This document shows positions 58,361-64,000 of a DNA stretch of 64,000 nucleotides, in pieces (within the stretch, counting starts at the first letter, position 1; every line of letters starts with the position of its first letter). The stretch is from Actinomycetota bacterium (GTDB taxonomy: Bacteria; Actinomycetota; Actinomycetes; Actinomycetales; Microbacteriaceae), in the NCBI GenBank assembly GCA_041191965.1, contig JBEENW010000004.1:39334-103333 (forward strand), written 5' to 3'. The position numbers were made by a program, and so were the translations under genes. Below the pieces are notes generated by a model. That model was not told the DNA's origin, did no database searches, and was given only the letters and a program-made list of their open reading frames with translations.

Positions 58361-59518
58361 CTATGCACCAACCCTCTCTAGCTCAAGTTCGATTGCAGAG
58401 ATCAGACGCTGTTCAATCTCTTCGATACCGATCTTCTGAATAACTTCATTTAGGAACCCGCGCACCACAAGCTTTCTGGCGTCTGACTCGGAAACTCCGC
58501 GAGCCATCAGGTAGAACAGCTGCTCGTCGTCAAATCGCCCCGAGGCACTGGCGTGGCCAGCTCCTTCGATCTTGCCGGTCTCGATTTCTAGGTTTGGCAC
58601 CGAGTCGGCTCGCGCTCCATCAACCAGAAGTAGGTTGCGGTTTAGCTCGTAGGTGTCCGTGCCCTCAGCGCTTTCGCGGATCAGCACATCGCCGACCCAG
58701 ACAGTGTGCGCTCCAGCACCCTGGAGAGCTCCCTTGTAGGCCACGTTGGAAACGCAGTTCTTCGCAATGTGGTCAACAAATGGGCGGTGCTCGAAATAAT
58801 TTCCGGTGTCAGCAAGGTACACACCAAACATCTCCACCTCAGCACCGGGGCTTGAAAGGAATGCGGTGGGAGTGACACGAACCAAGTCGCCTCCAAGTGA
58901 AACCACCACGTGCTTGAGCTTCGAGTCGCGACCCTGGCGGCAGAACTGTGAGGAGATGTGGCTTGAACCACTCTCCCACTGCTGAATTGAAACAAAGTTC
59001 AATTGAGCACCATCACCCAAGATGATCTCAACGTTCTCTGCCAGTGAGCCGACACCAACGTGATCTAGGACCACCGTGGCATTGGCAAAATTGCCCACCT
59101 TCACCACTAGGTGTGAGGCCTTGGCCACGGTCGACGTTGGCTGAATCTTGATGAAGCTGGCCTCTGCGGAGCTGAACTCTGCTGGCACCTCAACCACTAG
59201 GGTCTTGGATGCGTTAGTCCAGGCTGCAGCGGAAACTCGATCCTCAGGAAGACCTGCCTGACCAACAACCGGGTCAGTCGAGTCAACCGAGCATGCAGTC
59301 ACACCGTCAACAAGTCGAAGCGAAATGTCAGCGTCTTCAACCTCGGACATAACCTCGGCGTCTAGACCGCGTAGCTTGTCGGTCGGTAGGTAACGCCAGA
59401 TTTCCTGAAGCTTGGAGATTGGTTCGAAGTCAGCTACTGAGGTCGAACGCGGGCGCTCGGAACGAGTTTGAATTGGAACGTTGCCGTGGCTGTGCTCTTT
59501 GATACCGTGCTGAGTCAT
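58361..59518 (-). CDS. sufD: Fe-S cluster assembly protein SufD
   Basis: SufB/SufD beta-helix family. The start shares one nt with the sufB stop. Confidence 0.9.
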   Translation of the reverse strand: MTQHGIKEHSHGNVPIQTRSERPRSTSVADFEPISKLQEIWRYLPTDKLRGLDAEVMSEVEDADISLRLVDGVTACSVDSTDPVVGQAGLPEDRVSAAAWTNASKTLVVEVPAEFSSAEASFIKIQPTSTVAKASHLVVKVGNFANATVVLDHVGVGSLAENVEIILGDGAQLNFVSIQQWESGSSHISSQFCRQGRDSKLKHVVVSLGGDLVRVTPTAFLSSPGAEVEMFGVYLADTGNYFEHRPFVDHIAKNCVSNVAYKGALQGAGAHTVWVGDVLIRESAEGTDTYELNRNLLLVDGARADSVPNLEIETGKIEGAGHASASGRFDDEQLFYLMARGVSESDARKLVVRGFLNEVIQKIGIEEIEQRLISAIELELERVGA

Positions 59519-60936
59519 TAGCCCACCGCGCCTTCCATTTGCATCTCGATGAGCTTGTTCAGCTCTAGGGCGTACTCCATCGGTAGCTCCTTGGCGATCG
59601 GCTCAATAAATCCGCGCACGATCATGGCCATGGCCTCATCCTCAGGCATGCCTCGAGATTGCAGGTAGAACAACTGCTCGGCTGAAATCTGTGAAACTGT
59701 TGCTTCGTGACCCATGGACACATCGTCCTCACGAATGTCATTGGCTGGGTAGGTGTCAGAGCGCGAGATGGTGTCTACTAGCAAAGCGTCACAGCGAACT
59801 GTGTTTGCCGAGTGGTGTGCACCTGGGTTCACGCGAATCTCACCACGGTAGCTGGTGCGTCCGCCACCTCGAGCGATTGACTTGGAGACAATCGAGCTCG
59901 TGGTGTGTGGAGCTAGGTGGATCATCTTGGCTCCCGCGTCCTGGTGCTGACCCTCGCCAGCAAAGGCGACCGACAGGGTCTCTCCCCTAGCGTGCTCGCC
60001 CGCCAGAATGACGCTTGGGTACTTCATGGTCACCTTGGATCCGATGTTTCCATCAATCCATTCCATGGTGGCTCCTTCGTGCGCGATGGCACGCTTGGTA
60101 ACCAGGTTGTAAACGTTATTCGACCAGTTCTGAATCGTGGTGTAGCGAACGCGAGCACCCTTTTTCACGATGATCTCAACGACTGCGGAGTGCAGTGAGT
60201 CAGACTGATAAATCGGAGCGGTGCAGCCCTCGATGTAGTGAACGTAGGAGTCCTCATCTGCAATGATCAGGGTTCTTTCGAACTGACCCATGTTCTCGGT
60301 GTTGATGCGGAAGTAGGCCTGCAATGGAATCTCGACGTGAACGCCTTTCGGCACGTACACGAACGATCCTCCGGACCAAACAGCGGTGTTCAAAGCTGCA
60401 AATTTGTTGTCTCCAGCCGGGATCACAGTGCCGAAGTACTCCTTGAAAATCTCCGGGTGCTCTTTTAGGGCAGTGTCGGTGTCCAAGAAGATGACACCCT
60501 GCTCCTCAAGGTCCTCACGAATCTGGTGGTAAACCACCTCAGACTCATACTGTGCAGCCACACCGGCAACCAGGCGCTGGCGCTCAGCCTCTGGGATACC
60601 CAGGCGCTCGTAGGTGTTTCTAATGTCATCAGGAAGATCTTCCCAAGACTGCGCCTGACGCTCGGTGGACCTCACAAAGTACTTGATGTTGTCAAAGTCA
60701 ATGCCGGATAGGTCAGATCCCCATGAAGGCATTGGCTTCTTCAGGAAAAACTCATAACCCTTCAGGCGACGTTCCAGCATCCAATCCGGCTCACTCTTTT
60801 TGCCCGAGATGTCCTTAACGACGCCCTCGTTGATGCCGCGCTTCGCAGAAGCTCCGGCATCGTCCTTGTCGGACCAACCAAACTCGTAGTTACCGAGCTC
60901 ATCAAGCTCTGGGCGGTCGATGATTTTTTCGGACAC
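59518..60936 (-). CDS. sufB: Fe-S cluster assembly scaffold SufB
   Basis: Highly conserved SufB sequence ([13 protein letters not shown]) with no intein. I place the start at the GTG at 60936, which has AGGAGG 4 nt upstream. The ORF-track TTG at 60966 is the alternative. Confidence 0.95.
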   Translation of the reverse strand: MSEKIIDRPELDELGNYEFGWSDKDDAGASAKRGINEGVVKDISGKKSEPDWMLERRLKGYEFFLKKPMPSWGSDLSGIDFDNIKYFVRSTERQAQSWEDLPDDIRNTYERLGIPEAERQRLVAGVAAQYESEVVYHQIREDLEEQGVIFLDTDTALKEHPEIFKEYFGTVIPAGDNKFAALNTAVWSGGSFVYVPKGVHVEIPLQAYFRINTENMGQFERTLIIADEDSYVHYIEGCTAPIYQSDSLHSAVVEIIVKKGARVRYTTIQNWSNNVYNLVTKRAIAHEGATMEWIDGNIGSKVTMKYPSVILAGEHARGETLSVAFAGEGQHQDAGAKMIHLAPHTTSSIVSKSIARGGGRTSYRGEIRVNPGAHHSANTVRCDALLVDTISRSDTYPANDIREDDVSMGHEATVSQISAEQLFYLQSRGMPEDEAMAMIVRGFIEPIAKELPMEYALELNKLIEMQMEGAVG

Positions 60937-61057
60937 GCATCCTCCTGGTTTTTCATAGTGATTCAACCCTCGCCTTGGTTGGTTATTCCTACCAATTTGA
61001 GCGTGAGAGACTTGTCTCAGACCCTAAAAAGGTTAACAGTCATCGGGGCTGGGAACT

Positions 61058-61075
61058 ACTTAGGGCAACCTAAGT
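61058..61075 (+). promoter_or_regulatory. perfect 7-bp stem with GCAA (GNRA) loop just upstream of the ctaA SD
   Basis: ACTTAGG-GCAA-CCTAAGT ends 1 nt before the GAGG RBS of ctaA. An IR of this size is not statistically exceptional. Confidence 0.25.
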
Positions 61076-61087
61076 TGAGGTATTGGA

Positions 61088-62167
61088 TTGCAGATGTTGA
61101 AGACGATCTGGTTTGACAAGATCGTGGCCGAGAAACGAATTCGCCTTTACGTGTGGCTCTCGCTGGCAACTCAGATCATGATCGTCGTTACTGGTGGTCT
61201 AGTTAGGCTTACCGCCTCAGGGCTCGGCTGCCCAACTTGGCCAAAGTGCACCGAGGATTCGCTTGTTTCAACCCCAGAAATGGGTATTCACGGCATCATC
61301 GAGTTCGGTAACCGGGTTCTCACCATCGTGTTGCTGGTGATTGCACTTCTTACCTTCATAACGATCTTCCGCACCCATCCGGCCAAACGTCAACTGTTAG
61401 CGCCGACGCTTTCCTTCTTCGCCACCATGGTGCTGCTCATTGTGTCGCTTGTGTTGGCTGTGGTGTATGGCCCAGAGCTTTTTGTAATAGCACTCTGGGT
61501 TCTGATTGCGGTGCTAACCATCACGTTTGTAGCCGCATTCATTCGCAGGGCTAAGCGAGCTCAGAGAATCTCAACCCTGGTGCCAGCATTTGGCCTGGGT
61601 CTTGGCATCATTGGTCAGGCCGTGCTCGGTGGAATCACTGTGCTAACTCAGCTAAACCCTTGGATTGTGGGTCTTCACTTTGTTCTATCGGCTTACCTGA
61701 TTGCGCTTGCGAGCGTCATGGTCTTCCGTGCACTTCCGAAGACTCTCGGCCCAGTTGCACAAACAACAACTAGCCTCCGTTGGCCGGTCGCGATCGTAAG
61801 TGCCATCACAATCCTGATTGGCGTCGTGGTCACAGGTGCCGGGCCTCACGCAGGAGATGTTGACACTCCCAGGAACGGCTTGGATCTGGAAATTTGGCAG
61901 CACTACCACTCTTACCCCGGCTACCTGATGTTGGTGCTGATTGTTATCGCCCTCGTAGCGCAGTGGCGGACTGCACCGACTTTGAGAAGCTATCCAACAA
62001 GAGCATTAGCGCTACTGTTCGTGACCTCGGTCGCCCAGGCACTGATTGGTGTTATCCAGGCCAGGATGGGAGTGCCACCGTTTTTGGTTGCATTGCACAT
62101 GTTAGGAGCTGCAGTGCTTTCATCAATGGTCACGTTCTTCTGGCTCACTGCAAAAAAAGCTAAATGA
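61088..62167 (+). CDS. ctaA: heme A synthase (COX15/CtaA)
   Basis: GLGCPTWPKC motif and an eight-TM pattern with conserved His residues. The start is TTG with a GAGG RBS. Confidence 0.85.
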   Translation: MQMLKTIWFDKIVAEKRIRLYVWLSLATQIMIVVTGGLVRLTASGLGCPTWPKCTEDSLVSTPEMGIHGIIEFGNRVLTIVLLVIALLTFITIFRTHPAKRQLLAPTLSFFATMVLLIVSLVLAVVYGPELFVIALWVLIAVLTITFVAAFIRRAKRAQRISTLVPAFGLGLGIIGQAVLGGITVLTQLNPWIVGLHFVLSAYLIALASVMVFRALPKTLGPVAQTTTSLRWPVAIVSAITILIGVVVTGAGPHAGDVDTPRNGLDLEIWQHYHSYPGYLMLVLIVIALVAQWRTAPTLRSYPTRALALLFVTSVAQALIGVIQARMGVPPFLVALHMLGAAVLSSMVTFFWLTAKKAK

Positions 62168-63495
62168 AGGTAGTACACCTATTCACTCGCGATCTTCGCG
62201 TCCAGGACAATGAGGCTCTTGGCTCCGCCGCTGAGAACGAGATTGCGTTTGCCTACTGTCTCCCTGCTGACTTCGCCCAGCTCTTACCGATTCGCTCGAA
62301 CTCTCTTGTTGCCTCACTCTCGGCACTGCAGCTGGATCTACCTGTCCCACTGGCGGTATTCAAAGACATCCAGGAGCTGGTCGCAGCCCTGGTCGCAGCT
62401 GAGGTAAAAGCGGTCTATGTGACGAGAAACTTTGATACCAGGTCGATGCTTTGGCAATCACAGCTCGCAGAGGCTTTGTTTGGAGCGGGAATAGCGCTAA
62501 AGCTGATTGGGTCCAATTACGCGGTCGAGCCCGGCACGGTGAGAAAAGATGACGGTAATCCGCTACGTGTCTACACGCCGTTTTTCAGGCGATGGTCTCA
62601 ACTGCCGGTTCCTGCACCCTTCAAGGTTGATCTCTCCACTGTCAAGAGCTGGCAGCTCAACGGGGGTCCAATTCCAGAGGTGTCTGAACCTGCACCAATT
62701 CAAATCAGAGCCGGCGAGCGGTATGCGCTGAGAACCTTGGAGCGGTTCTTGGTGGGTAGAGCTGCCTCATACGACGAACTTCGCGACAGATCAGATCTCG
62801 GTGGCACCTCACATCTCTCGCACGCACTTGCGCACGGAGAGATTCACCCCAGAACCATCCTCTCTCGACTTGGGTCGAGTGCCGGCGAGGAAGTCTTCCG
62901 CAAGGAGATCGCTTGGCGAGAGTTTTACGCGGATGTCCTGTTTCACAATCCGCACACCATCGATGATTACTTCGATGTGAAATACGCCAAGCTGCGCTAT
63001 GACGATCCAGCTCAAAAGCCCGAGCTGCTCCAGGCATGGAAAGAGGGCAGGACTGGCTTTCCAATGGTTGATGCTGCGATGCGACAGCTAAAGACCACCG
63101 GTTGGATGCATAACCGAGCCCGAATGATTGTTGCCAGCTTCTTGGTGAAAGACCTGCACTTCGAATGGCAGGTCGGCGCTCGCCACTTCGAGGAGCACCT
63201 AACGGATTTTGACCCAGCCTCTAACAGCCACGGCTGGCAGTGGACAGCTGGTTGCGGTACTGACGCATCTCCATTTTTCAGAGTCTTCAACCCGATTACC
63301 CAGGGTGAAAAGTTTGACCCTAGGGGTGACTATGTCCGGCGCTACATCCCCGAGTTAGCGCACATTCCTGGCAAGGCAGCGCACCAGCCATGGCTGTTGG
63401 TTGATGGGTTAGCAAATGGCTACCCGGCTCCGATTGTGGATCACGCCGCTGAGCGCCTCGAAGCGCTCGCTCGGTTGAAAGAAGTTTCGGCTTAG
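62164..63495 (+). CDS. phr: class I CPD deoxyribodipyrimidine photolyase
   Basis: [21 protein letters not shown] and GWQW FAD-binding motifs. An ATGA overlap couples it to ctaA. Confidence 0.93.
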   Translation: MKVVHLFTRDLRVQDNEALGSAAENEIAFAYCLPADFAQLLPIRSNSLVASLSALQLDLPVPLAVFKDIQELVAALVAAEVKAVYVTRNFDTRSMLWQSQLAEALFGAGIALKLIGSNYAVEPGTVRKDDGNPLRVYTPFFRRWSQLPVPAPFKVDLSTVKSWQLNGGPIPEVSEPAPIQIRAGERYALRTLERFLVGRAASYDELRDRSDLGGTSHLSHALAHGEIHPRTILSRLGSSAGEEVFRKEIAWREFYADVLFHNPHTIDDYFDVKYAKLRYDDPAQKPELLQAWKEGRTGFPMVDAAMRQLKTTGWMHNRARMIVASFLVKDLHFEWQVGARHFEEHLTDFDPASNSHGWQWTAGCGTDASPFFRVFNPITQGEKFDPRGDYVRRYIPELAHIPGKAAHQPWLLVDGLANGYPAPIVDHAAERLEALARLKEVSA

Positions 63496-64000
63496 AACGG
63501 AAGTAGCGGATCTATCGCAATGGCCAAGAACAAAAGTGTCAGGTGCGAGATGGATCCGTGGAATAGACGCATCGGGTTTTTTGGGATGCCGACCTTCGCC
63601 TCCTTGTAAAGCCGGTGTGACTCCCACGTGAACCACGCTCCAGCGATTACTGCCACAGCGGAATAGATAAGGCCCATCCCAGCGATTGGAATCAGAAGCA
63701 GCGTGGCTGCGAGGTATGCCCAGGCATAAAGAATGATCTGACGTCCCACGACTTCGTTTTTTGCCACCACCGGCAGCATCGGAACACCGGCATCACGATA
63801 GTCATCGAGATAACGCATCGACAGCGGCCAGTAGTGCGGTGGGGTCCACAAGAAAATAATCAAAAACAAAATCCAGGCGGTCAAAGAAACCTCATTGGTA
63901 ACTGCTGCCCAACCGATTAGGGCCGGCATCGCCCCAGCTGCCCCGCCCCAAACAATGTTCTGTGGAGTCCTTCGCTTTAGCCCAAGGGTGTAAACGAAGA
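63492..64000 (-). CDS. ctaB: protoheme IX farnesyltransferase (heme O synthase), C-terminal part; N-terminus outside window
   Basis: UbiA-family TM pattern. The frame stays open to the window edge, through the conserved [23 protein letters not shown] segment. Confidence 0.88.
   Translation of the reverse strand, partial: FVYTLGLKRRTPQNIVWGGAAGAMPALIGWAAVTNEVSLTAWILFLIIFLWTPPHYWPLSMRYLDDYRDAGVPMLPVVAKNEVVGRQIILYAWAYLAATLLLIPIAGMGLIYSAVAVIAGAWFTWESHRLYKEAKVGIPKNPMRLFHGSISHLTLLFLAIAIDPLLPF

Noticed and set aside
61057-61076. Resemblance of TTAGG...CCTAA to the IdeR/DtxR iron box upstream of ctaA and sufB.
   Set aside because: The iron box has 9 nt between these half-sites (TTAGGTTAGGCTAACCTAA). 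Here there are only 4.
1-64000. CRISPR arrays, IS elements or transposases, tandem repeats, rRNA genes and riboswitches.
   Set aside because: Reading through all spacers, none of which exceeds about 150 bp apart from the ssrA locus, revealed no repeat-spacer structure, no transposase-like ORF, and no leader long enough to hold a known riboswitch.

Overview
The window is a densely packed core-chromosome segment of a mid-GC actinobacterium. Gene order is closest to Microbacteriaceae or other streamlined Actinomycetes, but that placement is low-confidence inference. No similarity search was possible; all calls rest on motif recognition and synteny.

Essentially every base is accounted for by conserved housekeeping genes:
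- The distal dcw cluster (murD to divIVA), followed by lspA, rluD and dnaE.
- hisD-nrdR-pyrD.
- The respiratory supercomplex genes ctaCDF and ctaE-qcrCAB.
- trpD, rbpA and ppm1-lnt.
- helY-tatCA-pafCB, trmI and uppP.
- glgA/glgC, serB and fabG-fabI.
- SURF1-bioY, a SUF operon, and ctaA-phr-ctaB.
- RNA genes: one tmRNA (tag ANTKRADFALAA) and one tRNA-Leu(GAG).

I found no mobile elements, CRISPR arrays, defence islands or orphan multi-gene cassettes. I therefore do not claim a novel system.

The observations that most deserve a second look are architectural:
- The Pup-proteasome genes are absent from their conserved locus, while pafBC and a PAC2 gene remain.
- The SUF operon lacks sufS, sufU and sufR.
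- ssrA is not next to smpB.
- Many convergent gene pairs share interlocked stop codons.
- Two strong intrinsic terminators are buried inside the coding sequence of the converging gene.
- A TAnnnT -10 box sits exactly at -12..-7 of nine start codons that lack a Shine-Dalgarno sequence, implying widespread leaderless transcription.
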